Shown here in pieces: positions 1 through 9,142 of a stretch of 64,000 nt of DNA; the first letter of the stretch is position 1, and each line of letters opens with the position of its first letter. Source of the stretch: Candidatus Aenigmatarchaeota archaeon (lineage in GTDB: Archaea; Aenigmatarchaeota; Aenigmatarchaeia; Aenigmatarchaeales; JACQIB01); NCBI GenBank assembly GCA_016198755.1, contig JACQIB010000005.1, positions 32,001 to 96,000 on the forward strand, given 5' to 3'. A program made the translations under genes and the position numbers. The notes beneath the pieces are model-generated. The model saw only the letters and a program-made list of their open reading frames with translations. It was not told the origin of the DNA and did no database searches.

Positions 1-59
1 AAAAATCTGGGAAAAAAGAAAAGACGCCTTTAAACCTTTCTAAAACCCTTTAGTTTTAT

Positions 60-575
60 GTGCTGGGAAAGACACATGCCCTAGTGGCTGTGCTCCTGAC
101 AGCTGTTTTGGGTTTTGGGATTATAGAAGCTGGAATAGCAGCAATTTTCAGCCTTCTGCCTGATGCTGATTTGCCCTACTCCTATGCTGGAAAGGTTTTC
201 CCCTTCTCCTTGGCTGTTAACAGAAAATATGGGCACAGAACTGTTACACACAGCCTGCTTTCTCTGGGCTGTGTATCTGCAGTTGCGTTTTTTCTATATT
301 TTCTGGGTATAGTTGGGTTAAACTTTGCAAAAGCAGCTATACTCGGTTATAGTTCTCATTTAGTTTTGGATCTGCTAAACCCTACTGGTATCCCATTGTT
401 ATGGCCAAAGGATTTGTGGTTTATTCTGCTTGGGGGAAGGATTGTAGTTGGGGAATTGACAGAACAGGCTGTTTTCTGGATTTTGTTAGTGCTTTCTGCC
501 GGCTATTTTGGAATAGAATGTTTTGGATTTACAAACTTTGGTTTTGGGGGTGGGTTGATTGGTTTTTGTAGGTAG
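60..575 (+). CDS. Membrane-bound metal-dependent hydrolase (YdjM-like)
   Basis: Motifs GKTH, LLPDAD, GHRTVTHS, SHLVLDLLNPTGIPLLWP; hydrophobic; GTG start. Confidence 0.85.
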   Translation: MLGKTHALVAVLLTAVLGFGIIEAGIAAIFSLLPDADLPYSYAGKVFPFSLAVNRKYGHRTVTHSLLSLGCVSAVAFFLYFLGIVGLNFAKAAILGYSSHLVLDLLNPTGIPLLWPKDLWFILLGGRIVVGELTEQAVFWILLVLSAGYFGIECFGFTNFGFGGGLIGFCR

Positions 576-1329
576 GAGGGTGGAAATTGGGAGAATAAAG
601 GCTGCTCTGAAAGAAGGAAGGAATTGTATAGTTATTGGACGGTCTGGAGTTGGGAAAACTGCTTTAATTAGGTTTTTCTCTAAAGGTGGAGTGTACATGA
701 GGAGCCCGCGCTCTCCAAGGCTTTTGCTGCAGAGGCTCTGCTCTGTTTTGGATATGAAAAGCGGGAGGGGAAGCAGCGAGGAGCTGTTAGAAGCTGTTTT
801 AGAAGCAAAAACAAAGGGAACATTGAAAATTGTTTTGGATAACTTTTCCTCCTGCCCAAAGGCTATGGTTGATGTGCTCAGGGAACTTTCCCAGTTAAAC
901 TGGATCTGGATTTTAGCTGCTGCAGAAAGAAAGCCTAAGGGAAGGGTAAACTGGATTTTTAAAGAAAGGATTTTTATTAATCCACTCGGGAGAGAAGAGA
1001 GCAAAAAACTGGCTGAAAAGCTTTTGGGAAAGAAGGTTCCTGCTGAGCAACTGTACAACAGAACACATGGTTACCCTGCTGCTGTTCTGGATGCTGTGGA
1101 AGAAATGAGAAAGAAGGGGGTACAGAAGGGGTTAGATAGATTGAAACCACATCCTGTAACAAGGCAGGGGAGGATTGACTTACTTCCTCCGGAATATCTG
1201 ACTGTTATTGCTTATTTTCTTTTATTTGTCAGGTATGTGGCTTTAGGAGAAGGAAGCGATGCTTTATTTATTACTGCAGGAGCTTTAGGTTTTCTCACTC
1301 TTGCCTTTAGCAAACTTGGGAAGCGCTAA
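559..1329 (+). CDS. AAA-type ATPase with C-terminal membrane helices
   Basis: FVGR motif, Walker A GRSGVGKT, Walker B IVLDN, THGYP motif, two C-terminal hydrophobic segments. Confidence 0.7.
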   Translation: MVFVGRRVEIGRIKAALKEGRNCIVIGRSGVGKTALIRFFSKGGVYMRSPRSPRLLLQRLCSVLDMKSGRGSSEELLEAVLEAKTKGTLKIVLDNFSSCPKAMVDVLRELSQLNWIWILAAAERKPKGRVNWIFKERIFINPLGREESKKLAEKLLGKKVPAEQLYNRTHGYPAAVLDAVEEMRKKGVQKGLDRLKPHPVTRQGRIDLLPPEYLTVIAYFLLFVRYVALGEGSDALFITAGALGFLTLAFSKLGKR

Positions 1330-1353
1330 ACCAGTAAAAATGCAATATCACTG

Positions 1354-1635
1354 TTATATGCCGTAAGTTGGGTCATGTTTTCCATATGTAACAACATTTA
1401 TCCTATGGAATTCCTCATCAACAGAATAAATGAGTATAAAATGGGAATCTATATGTACGCTGTAATATCCCTTCCAGCGACCGACTAGCGGTTCCCCGTG
1501 AGCATATGGGTTCTGCCTGACTTTTTCCAGTTTTTTATCTATTATCCTTCGTTGATGGGGGTTTTTCCTGAAGCGCTTCTTCAAATCCTTTTCTATATCC
1601 TTCTCATAAAGAATAGAATAATCCTGGTTTTCCAA
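1354..1635 (-). CDS. RelE/YafQ-family mRNA interferase toxin
   Basis: 93 aa; basic; NPY..GEPLVGRWKGYYSVHI..FILIY..YGKHD pattern. Confidence 0.8.
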   Translation of the reverse strand: MENQDYSILYEKDIEKDLKKRFRKNPHQRRIIDKKLEKVRQNPYAHGEPLVGRWKGYYSVHIDSHFILIYSVDEEFHRINVVTYGKHDPTYGI

Positions 1636-1758
1636 CGTGTGCTCAGCCAGTTTATCACCAACTGTAATAACAATGGATTTTAAACTTGCTTAAAGGCGTC
1701 GCTTTTACAAAGGTTTTTTCCAAATAAATCCGCAGGAACGCCCAAATACAGAATTAAT

Positions 1759-1944
1759 CTAGCGGGTGCGGGATACCCTAGGTGAAGACCTAAGTATGTG
1801 ATCTATCATCTCTCTTGCTGTTCTAAATGGTCCTACATAGGTACCCTTCTGTTCGGCACGCTCTAAACGCTTTACAGTACCAGAATCAAAAGGCCCATGA
1901 CTATCTCCAACATAATCCCCTCCCCGATTCCCGTATCCTTCCAT
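1759..1944 (-). CDS. Small protein, possible antitoxin
   Basis: Upstream of RelE on the same strand; TVKRLERAEQKGTYVGPFRTAREMIDHI resembles RelB/DinJ C-termini; TATA-like element upstream. Confidence 0.4.
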   Translation of the reverse strand: MEGYGNRGGDYVGDSHGPFDSGTVKRLERAEQKGTYVGPFRTAREMIDHILRSSPRVSRTR

Positions 1945-2012
1945 GCCACTTATCTGCAGGGCATATAATATAAAGGTTTACTCTACTCCTACGGCAGCAG
2001 CAAGACAACTGC

Positions 2013-2597
2013 TTATTTTTTGGCAGAAAGCTGTTGTGCAGCCTCCCGAAGGCTTACAATAGAGAGCTTTAGCTTTTCAGCAATCTCCCTTTGTGTTAAA
2101 TCAGAGCAGAGATAGAGTGCTGCAGCAGCCAATATTTTTCCGCTCCTGTTTAATTTTGCCCTTTTCAACAGCTTTGCTGCTGCTGTTTCAGCCTCTTGGC
2201 TCAAACCTAAGATAGAGGCATAGCGGGGGAGAAAAAGCTTTGCCTGAGCTGGCAGGATTTTTATTTCAAGTGCTGGAGAGAGGCGCTTTTGTATATTATA
2301 TAGCTCCTGCGGATCGCACTCTATAACAGCAGCAACCTCCTCTGCTGTGCGCGGGCTTCTGCTGTGAGCTGCCAGATAAACAAGAGTTGCACATACTGTT
2401 TCTGTCCTGAGCCCGCGTGTTTTCCCTTTTTCAGATAATTTCCTATACATATCCAAAGACTCCATAGAAACTGTCCTTGGAAGAGCAAGAGCAGAACAAT
2501 ATTTGTTTATCAGAGAACGGGCAAAGAAAATGCTCCTCTCCCTTGTTGTATAGACAAACCGCTTGATAATTTTTTCCTTATCCCTCTTTTTGCCCAC
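2013..2597 (-). CDS. TFIIB/TFB-like cyclin-fold protein lacking the Zn ribbon
   Basis: ERS..FA..I...CSALALP, TRGLRTETVCATLVYLA, PRTAEEVA, FLPRYASILGL, LAAAALY, LTQREIAE. Confidence 0.8.
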   Translation of the reverse strand: MGKKRDKEKIIKRFVYTTRERSIFFARSLINKYCSALALPRTVSMESLDMYRKLSEKGKTRGLRTETVCATLVYLAAHSRSPRTAEEVAAVIECDPQELYNIQKRLSPALEIKILPAQAKLFLPRYASILGLSQEAETAAAKLLKRAKLNRSGKILAAAALYLCSDLTQREIAEKLKLSIVSLREAAQQLSAKK

Positions 2598-2707
2598 AAT
2601 ATATTAGTGAAATTTATACCATATAAAGGCATCTATTTTATCTTTGTTATAATGAAGAAAATATAACATTATATTGCTGAACTGCGCTATTGTTCTGGGG
2701 GTTTCTT

Positions 2708-3295
2708 GTGAAAATTGGTATAACAGGGACGCACGGGGTTGGAAAAACTTCTCTTGCACATTCTCTTTGTGGAGAATTGAAAGAAAGAGGAATACATGCG
2801 GTTGTAAGTTCTGAGCATGAAAGACAATCTCCTTTTCCAGCTGGCACCGAATCAAGAAATAGTGTGGAAGCTCAGTGCTGGATTTTGGGAAAGCAGTTTT
2901 TGGAGGAGATAGAACTCTCCTCAAGATATCCGGTTGTTATATGTGACAGGACAATGCTCTGCAACTATGCATACTTTTTATGGAACCTGGAAAAAGCCCC
3001 GCCTGAAGTGCAAAACAGCCCAATGGTTCAGGTTATTAAAAATATGGTTAGAGAGTGGCTGAAAACCTATACATACTTCTTTAGAATACCAATTTCAGAC
3101 CAAAAAACACTAATGGAGGATAAATTCCGCAGCACAACCACTGACTGGCAGAGGGAGATTGACAGAATTATAGACAAAGCTGTGGAAGAGTTTGGGATAA
3201 AACAAATTGTTGTTCCATTAGCCACAAACACAAAAAGAGTGGATCAGATTTTAAGGGTTGTTGGGAAGGATATTGGTATAGAAACCCAACCTTAA
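2708..3295 (+). CDS. NadR/AAA_28-like P-loop kinase
   Basis: KIGITGTHGVGKTS, VVICDRT; GTG start at 2708 inferred. Confidence 0.75.
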   Translation: MKIGITGTHGVGKTSLAHSLCGELKERGIHAVVSSEHERQSPFPAGTESRNSVEAQCWILGKQFLEEIELSSRYPVVICDRTMLCNYAYFLWNLEKAPPEVQNSPMVQVIKNMVREWLKTYTYFFRIPISDQKTLMEDKFRSTTTDWQREIDRIIDKAVEEFGIKQIVVPLATNTKRVDQILRVVGKDIGIETQP

Positions 3296-3331
3296 GGCAG
3301 TTATTTAAAGGTTTGGTTGATGAAACTTATA

Positions 3332-3901
3332 ATGCCACTGGGATCAGTTCCAATATCAATGGATAGAAATGCGCTGAGAGTTTTCCATCTTACAACTGGA
3401 ACCAGATACAAACATGCAGTGCAGGGGGTTGTCTATGGACTTTTCAATCTGCCTGATGATGAAGGAGTTCTTGGGGTTGTAAGACCTATGCCAATAAAAG
3501 CTGGAAATTTTGACCTGTGGGAAGGGACAACTATTCCAGAGCTCTCAATTGCACTGTCTGCAAATGCCAATGCAAACCCTGTTATTTTAAGGAATGGGGG
3601 AAGGATTGTTGCGTATGTTGCTGGGAGTGATCCATTCCATGAGAATAAAACTCCATCTATTATGTACGATGCCCCGCCACTTTCGCATATGCAGCCGGGT
3701 GGGATTGCTGTTTTCAGGAACATAAGGCATGGAGCAAGAGCCTTTTATGAGCAGACTCAAGGAGAGCCTAGAATGTTCCATGTGAGGACAGAGTTGCTTG
3801 AGAAACTGGATGAGATACCCCCAGTTAGAGATGATACTCTTCTGGAGAGGTTTGAAGCAAGGGTTTTCCAGCACGCACCCGTTCCCATGCCACGTGCGTA
3901 A
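3332..3901 (+). CDS. Hypothetical protein
   Basis: Fills the gap; TATTTAAA at 3302-3309 fits an ATG start at 3332. Confidence 0.55.
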   Translation: MPLGSVPISMDRNALRVFHLTTGTRYKHAVQGVVYGLFNLPDDEGVLGVVRPMPIKAGNFDLWEGTTIPELSIALSANANANPVILRNGGRIVAYVAGSDPFHENKTPSIMYDAPPLSHMQPGGIAVFRNIRHGARAFYEQTQGEPRMFHVRTELLEKLDEIPPVRDDTLLERFEARVFQHAPVPMPRA

Positions 3902-3942
3902 ACTGCAGAAGCTATAAATATACTCTGCTTCTTTTATTGTGC

Positions 3943-4018
3943 GGGCTCGTGGTATAGCTTGGTATTATTCCAGCCTTGGGAGCTGGCGACCTGTGTTCGA
4001 ATCACAGCGAGCCCACCA
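3943..4018 (+). tRNA. tRNA-Pro(TGG), CCA encoded
   Basis: Acceptor GGGCTCG/CGAGCCC, anticodon arm CCAGC-CTTGGGA-GCTGG, T arm CTGTG-TTCGAAT-CACAG, ends ACCA. Confidence 0.97.
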
Positions 4019-4046
4019 TTTGTTTTACTGTATTAATAATTGCAAC

Positions 4047-4553
4047 CTATACAAATGGATTTTCCTCTATACCAAGATAATAAGGCTGCCTTCCAATGAA
4101 ACCTGACAATTCTCCTTCTCTGGTCCCTATTGCTTTGGGTCTTTTAAGAATTTCTAGAACCTCATATGTATTACAGTATGAAAGGTCCATTAAAGTCATC
4201 CGAACAGTTGTATCACCGTCTCTGCTAAGCTCTGCTACAGGACAGACAGAAAGCGTTGTTTTTCCTGCTTCACTCTTCTGTATCATACACCTATACATTG
4301 TATCTGAATCAGGAGCTCCCTTATCATTTGTTCTTGTAATAGGAATTAAAATGAGGGTTGCAATCTCTGTGAACCCTGGCATAGGATATTCATTAACTGA
4401 CTGGATGGGTGGCACGCCTGACCATAAAATAGCTTCAGTTGGTTTGTAAATCGTATTTCTGGATTTGTATTCTCCAGTTCTTTTAATATCGCCTAAAATC
4501 CTCCGGAACAGCGGTGGATCTATTGTTCTCACATAAGCACGCGGCATTTCCAT
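4047..4553 (-). CDS. Hypothetical protein
   Basis: 168-aa ORF with TTTAAAAG about 25 nt upstream of the ATG. Confidence 0.55.
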   Translation of the reverse strand: MEMPRAYVRTIDPPLFRRILGDIKRTGEYKSRNTIYKPTEAILWSGVPPIQSVNEYPMPGFTEIATLILIPITRTNDKGAPDSDTMYRCMIQKSEAGKTTLSVCPVAELSRDGDTTVRMTLMDLSYCNTYEVLEILKRPKAIGTREGELSGFIGRQPYYLGIEENPFV

Positions 4554-4629
4554 AGGTTTTCTTGAAGAGAAAAGCTTTTAAACCGCACACTTCTCCTCTG
4601 TTTATAAAGATTTCTTTCCACTGCTAGTT

Positions 4630-5715
4630 ATGGTTGCAAAGAGGGGAGATATTGCGAAAGACTTGAAAGGGAAAAGCCCAGCCCAGAGAGATAGATATTT
4701 GTGCACAACCTTGGGGCTGACTCCGGGAGAATTGTCTGGCTTACACACTGGTCCTGTTTATTCAAGGTTGGAAAGGGGTGTTGAACTTATTTATCATGGA
4801 GGTCATGAGAATGGAAATAGAGAAAACCTATCCTTCATAACAACCTCTTTGCTAGCATATCTTGCAGGGGTTACCGTATCTGATGTATCAACCAGTCTTA
4901 TGGGAAGATATCGTGATAGGAGAAAGGAATTATATGATGCGCATAGGTTGAATCCACCGTATATAGAGCTTTTGAGGCATGATGTTAGCGGGGAGAAACT
5001 GCCATTTACAGAGGAAAGAAATGTTTGGAAAGGATTCAAGCCAAGTGTAGATGACTGGAGAAGGGACGTTACTCTTCCGCTTCCGCCTTTCGATAGAGAA
5101 ACCTCGCAGGTTCTGGGTGTTATGTGGGGGGATGGGTACATACAACGTGGCAGGAACTTTAGTCTTATTGGGGGTACTAGAGACTCGAAGTTTTATGATA
5201 TTATCGTCTCGCGTATGTCTAAGCTTTTTAATTTACCCTTGGAAGTCAGGATTCGTGAGTATGAAGATTCTATTAGTGGGAGAAGGGTAGATGTTTCCTC
5301 TCCTGTTGTAGATGTTTCCAGCAGAGCTGTTTGTACATGGCTTGCAAATGACTTGGAGTTCCCTCTTGGAAAAAAGGAAAACTGGGGAAAGAGGAATGTA
5401 CAGCTTCCTACTACTCATTGTGACAAAGAGGGGCTTTTGGAGGGTTTGAATGCATCAATGGGAACTCTTATGAATAATAAAAAAGAGGATAGGTATATAT
5501 TTTTGATTTATGACAAGGATAGGAAATTTGTAGAGGGGGTACATAGACTTGCAAAAGAAGCGGGTTACAACCCCACAGCAGTTTTTGCAATCGATAGCCA
5601 GCTATTCAAAAGGTCATGGAAGTTTGCCTACAGAGCAATGGACACAGGACGCTTAGTCTTCCTTAACCCAAGGCACAGACAAGCTATTCAGAGCCAGCCT
5701 GTACCTGCCCCTTAA
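4630..5715 (+). CDS. Free-standing LAGLIDADG endonuclease-like protein
   Basis: SQVLGVMWGDGYI (motif 1), SKLFNL, VSSRAVCTWL..LEFPLGKK, degenerate motif 2 LLEGLNASMG. Confidence 0.75.
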   Translation: MVAKRGDIAKDLKGKSPAQRDRYLCTTLGLTPGELSGLHTGPVYSRLERGVELIYHGGHENGNRENLSFITTSLLAYLAGVTVSDVSTSLMGRYRDRRKELYDAHRLNPPYIELLRHDVSGEKLPFTEERNVWKGFKPSVDDWRRDVTLPLPPFDRETSQVLGVMWGDGYIQRGRNFSLIGGTRDSKFYDIIVSRMSKLFNLPLEVRIREYEDSISGRRVDVSSPVVDVSSRAVCTWLANDLEFPLGKKENWGKRNVQLPTTHCDKEGLLEGLNASMGTLMNNKKEDRYIFLIYDKDRKFVEGVHRLAKEAGYNPTAVFAIDSQLFKRSWKFAYRAMDTGRLVFLNPRHRQAIQSQPVPAP

Positions 5716-7816
5716 CTGCGCGTGCAGTGGCAGCACCTAAAATCCTCTCTAAAACATCTTCTGGGGCTTTTTTTAGCTCTGCAATTCCCCTTAAGTTGGA
5801 AGCCCAGAGCCTGCGGGCACGAATCCTTCCAATTCCCTTCAACTTTACCAGTGGGAGAAGCTCTTCTTTAACTCCATACTTCATCCTGACCCTGAGCTTG
5901 CGGATTGATTTCTCTGCATCCCTGTTCTGGGAGAGCAGAGCCAGCTCTGAGAGAGAATAAAGAAGCCAGTCTGCAAGCTCCCTTTTACCATGGATTTCTC
6001 CGGGAGAAATTTTGTATTTCACATTCAGTTCCTCTTCTGTGCGCTCTGTGCACCAGTCCTCGAAAAAGAGTGCGGTTTTGAAAGTTTCAAGGAAGGAATC
6101 ATAGTCTGAAGACCAGTCTTCTGGAGGAACAATCAACAATTCATCGTTCCTTTTAACAACAAGCTCGTTTATGGCTTCGAGCTCTCTGCTATAAACAGAA
6201 AGGGCTGGGGAGAGCTCCTTTGCGCTGGAAATAAGCTGCAGCAGGCCAATAGAAGAGGGGAAGGTAGACAAATTGTCCAAAAAGTAATGGGCTGTTTCAG
6301 GATCTATGTATAGTTGGGAGACGCGCTTTCCTATTGTTGTAGGTTTTAGCTCCTGCCCGATCCTTATTATAAAGCCCCAGTCTGCCAATTCTCCCAAAAC
6401 AGAAGAAAGTTTTCCTTCAATATCACCTTCTTTTCCAAATTGGTGTGCATAAAAGGTTTTTGAAAAAACCTCTAAAAGATCAGTTTCTGATTTAACAGTC
6501 TCGGAAGCTATAAGGGATAAAGTGTGCATTCTGAGGACAGGCTCTGCTGCAAGCTTGCTGTATATTTCTTCGGCTTCTCCCATTACAAATTTTTCATAGA
6601 GCTCGCGCGCTTCGCGCTTATCTTTTGCAATAAGTATGGATTCTCCCCATTTATCAAAAGAAGGGCGGCCAGCCCTCCCAATCATTTGCTGGTATTCTAA
6701 AACTGGAATAAAAGTATATCCATAATGCTGGTAATACCTTTTACAGTCCCTTATAACAGCGCGGAAACAGGGTAAATCCAATCCAGCTGAAAGAGTTGGG
6801 GTGGAAGCTATTGATTTTATAATCCTGTCCCTGAAAGCCTGCTCTATTGCTTTTCTCTGTGTGTTTGTTAACCCTGCATGATGGAAGGCTGTACCTCCAC
6901 GTACGCATTCTGCAAGCCTGTGGCACTGCTTTGTTGGGGTCTCAAGAACTTTTTCAACTTCTGCAGCAAGCTTTTCCAGCTTGATTTTCTCCTCTGGGCT
7001 AAGTATTTTAGAGAGGTGGAGAGCAGAGCGCTCTGCTATTGATTCTGCACTCCTTCTTGTGCTTGCGAAAATCATGGATTGTTTTCCTTCCTTTGCTGTT
7101 TTCTCAGCTATAGAAACCTCAGGGTCCTTTTCCGTATCCAGCTCTAAAGGTTCTCTGTCTTGGAACTGGACTTTTTCCCCGTCATAAACTCCTTGGTATA
7201 GTTTAACAGGTCTCCATTCGCTTTTTACCAGTTCCCCATCTATCCAGCCTGACAAATCCTTTGAATTTTTTATTGTTGCTGACAGAAAAAGGAATACTGC
7301 ACGCGGGCAGAGTTTTCTAAGGTTTGTAATAACCATTTCAAGTGTTGGGCCGCGCGAAGGATCATTTAACAGATGTACTTCGTCTATAACAATTGCAGCT
7401 GTCTGTTCTATCCATTGTGCTTTGTGCCTTAATATAGAGTCTGTTTTTTCTGCTGTCAAAACTACAATATCATAGTCTCTCAACCAATTATCAGAACTGT
7501 CATAATCCCCAGTGCTTATACCAACCCTATAGTCTTGGAAACGTTGCTTAAAGCTCTCATACTTTTCATTTGCCAGAGCTCTCAAAGGAACAATATACAG
7601 GGCTTTCCCTTTCTTTTCTAGCAGGGTTTTGGAAATAAGCATTTCAGCCATAAGGGTTTTCCCTGAAGCTGTTGGAGCTGCTATAACAAAGCTCTTTTTC
7701 AGCTCTAACAATCCTTTATCAACAGCAGCCTCCTGAGGCGGGTTTAGTTTTTCTATTCCTCTTTCCTGCAAGTTTCTTAAAAAAGCTCCCGGAAGCTCTA
7801 GAGAAGATATTTGCAT
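5684..7816 (-). CDS. hel308: Ski2-like DNA helicase Hel308/Hjm
   Basis: LNPPQ, APTASGKT, DEVH, LSAT, AFHHAGL, TPTLSAGLDLP, QMIGRAGRP, C-terminal HhH LKGIGRIRAR; start moved to MQISSL. Confidence 0.95.
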   Translation of the reverse strand: MQISSLELPGAFLRNLQERGIEKLNPPQEAAVDKGLLELKKSFVIAAPTASGKTLMAEMLISKTLLEKKGKALYIVPLRALANEKYESFKQRFQDYRVGISTGDYDSSDNWLRDYDIVVLTAEKTDSILRHKAQWIEQTAAIVIDEVHLLNDPSRGPTLEMVITNLRKLCPRAVFLFLSATIKNSKDLSGWIDGELVKSEWRPVKLYQGVYDGEKVQFQDREPLELDTEKDPEVSIAEKTAKEGKQSMIFASTRRSAESIAERSALHLSKILSPEEKIKLEKLAAEVEKVLETPTKQCHRLAECVRGGTAFHHAGLTNTQRKAIEQAFRDRIIKSIASTPTLSAGLDLPCFRAVIRDCKRYYQHYGYTFIPVLEYQQMIGRAGRPSFDKWGESILIAKDKREARELYEKFVMGEAEEIYSKLAAEPVLRMHTLSLIASETVKSETDLLEVFSKTFYAHQFGKEGDIEGKLSSVLGELADWGFIIRIGQELKPTTIGKRVSQLYIDPETAHYFLDNLSTFPSSIGLLQLISSAKELSPALSVYSRELEAINELVVKRNDELLIVPPEDWSSDYDSFLETFKTALFFEDWCTERTEEELNVKYKISPGEIHGKRELADWLLYSLSELALLSQNRDAEKSIRKLRVRMKYGVKEELLPLVKLKGIGRIRARRLWASNLRGIAELKKAPEDVLERILGAATARAVKGQVQAGSE

Positions 7817-7868
7817 GGGCAAATTATGTGCACAGAACAGATAAATGCTAACGTTATATAGTATTTTC

Positions 7869-8432
7869 ATGGTTTCGGGAAAAATTGTGCATATAACATA
7901 TTTTGTGCATGGGACAACAGTGGATAATGAGAAAAATAAGTCTTCTGGCTGGTCTGATATCGGGCTTTCAGAGCTTGGGAAAGAACAGTCTATAAAGCTA
8001 AGAGCATTGATAAGGGGGAAAAAGTTTGATGTTGTATTTTGTTCTGACCTGAAAAGAGCTGTGGAGTCTGCTAAAATAGCTTTTGGTGGGCTGAAAATCG
8101 TTGTTGATAAGAGGCTGAGAGAGTGCAACTATGGGGATTTAACTGGAGCTAATTCTGAAACTGTAGATAAAATGTACTATTCCTGTATAGATAAAAAGTT
8201 TCCAAAAGGTGAGAGCATGAACGATGTTGAGAATAGGATGGGGGATTTTCTGGGAGAGTTGAAAAAACATTGGGCTGGGAAGAGAATTGCTATTGTTGCC
8301 CATAAATCACCACAGCTGGCTTTGGAGGTTTTATTAAAAGGGAGGAGCTGGGAACAGGCAATAGGAGAGGATTGGAGACTGAAAAAACCAAAGGAATGGA
8401 AACCTGGTTGGGATTACGCTCTTGTGTGGTAG
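7869..8432 (+). CDS. Histidine phosphatase family protein
   Basis: FVHGTT (RHG variant), CSDLKRA, LRECNYG, GES, IVAH. Confidence 0.85.
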   Translation: MVSGKIVHITYFVHGTTVDNEKNKSSGWSDIGLSELGKEQSIKLRALIRGKKFDVVFCSDLKRAVESAKIAFGGLKIVVDKRLRECNYGDLTGANSETVDKMYYSCIDKKFPKGESMNDVENRMGDFLGELKKHWAGKRIAIVAHKSPQLALEVLLKGRSWEQAIGEDWRLKKPKEWKPGWDYALVW

Positions 8433-8514
8433 GGTTGTATGACTACATGAGACTATAGATAACAGCAGAGAGAAAAAAGCATATACTTTAATATATGTTT
8501 TCCAAAACAGTGTT

Positions 8515-9093
8515 ATGGCACAGGGGAAGTTTCTTGTTTTGTACGGTATAAACCATAACCTTAAGGTTGCTGTAGGGAAGCAGATAGTGGAATTTTTAAA
8601 ACAGAAAGGAATAGAAGCTAATTTTATAAAGTATCCAATATACACTGTTGCTCCCTCAGGGTTTTTTATTGAGAAAGCTTTGAAAGGGCAGCAAACAATG
8701 AGCGAAGAAGAACTCCAACTATGGTTTGTTTTAAACAGGTACCAATACCAGCCTGTTGTTCTGAAAAATTTGAAAGAGGGGAAGTGGGTTGTAGCTGAGG
8801 ACTATATTTGGACTGGGGTTGCTTGGGGAGGAGCAAAGGGAGCTGACAGGAACTGGATTGCAAAAATAAATGAACCTTTGCTGAAAGAGGATATTTCAGT
8901 GCTTATAGATTCAAAGCAGTTTGCTGGAGCAGAAGTTACAACAGGGTATGCCAATTATGATATAACAGAAAAAGTTAGGTTAAGGCTGCAGGAGTTTGCA
9001 AAAGAACATGGCTGGCACACAGTAGACGGGAACAGACCAGCACAGGAGATTTTTTTGGATTTGATAAAAGTTATAGAAGAGAAAATGGGATAA
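8515..9093 (+). CDS. Thymidylate kinase-like protein with degenerate P-loop
   Basis: GKFLVLYGIN, KYP.Y, LQLWFVLNRYQ, VVAEDY..TGVAWG. Confidence 0.75.
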   Translation: MAQGKFLVLYGINHNLKVAVGKQIVEFLKQKGIEANFIKYPIYTVAPSGFFIEKALKGQQTMSEEELQLWFVLNRYQYQPVVLKNLKEGKWVVAEDYIWTGVAWGGAKGADRNWIAKINEPLLKEDISVLIDSKQFAGAEVTTGYANYDITEKVRLRLQEFAKEHGWHTVDGNRPAQEIFLDLIKVIEEKMG

Positions 9094-9142
9094 AAACGGG
9101 AGTACAGTAAAGCATTTATCTGAGCTTTTCAAACCATAGGGA

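Noticed and set aside
3943-5715. Integrated element at tRNA-Pro or tRNA-Met
   Set aside because: No integrase, and no duplicated tRNA 3' end noticed in the window
4630-5715. Intein or group I intron
   Set aside because: No host gene, no Cys/Ser start block and no terminal His-Asn
7817-8128. N-terminal extension of the 814-aa Hel308 ORF
   Set aside because: Antisense shadow of the phosphatase gene; helicase homology begins at MQISSL (7816)
7869-8432. VHG instead of RHG as a sign of pseudogenisation
   Set aside because: The catalytic His and other motifs are intact; likely a family variant
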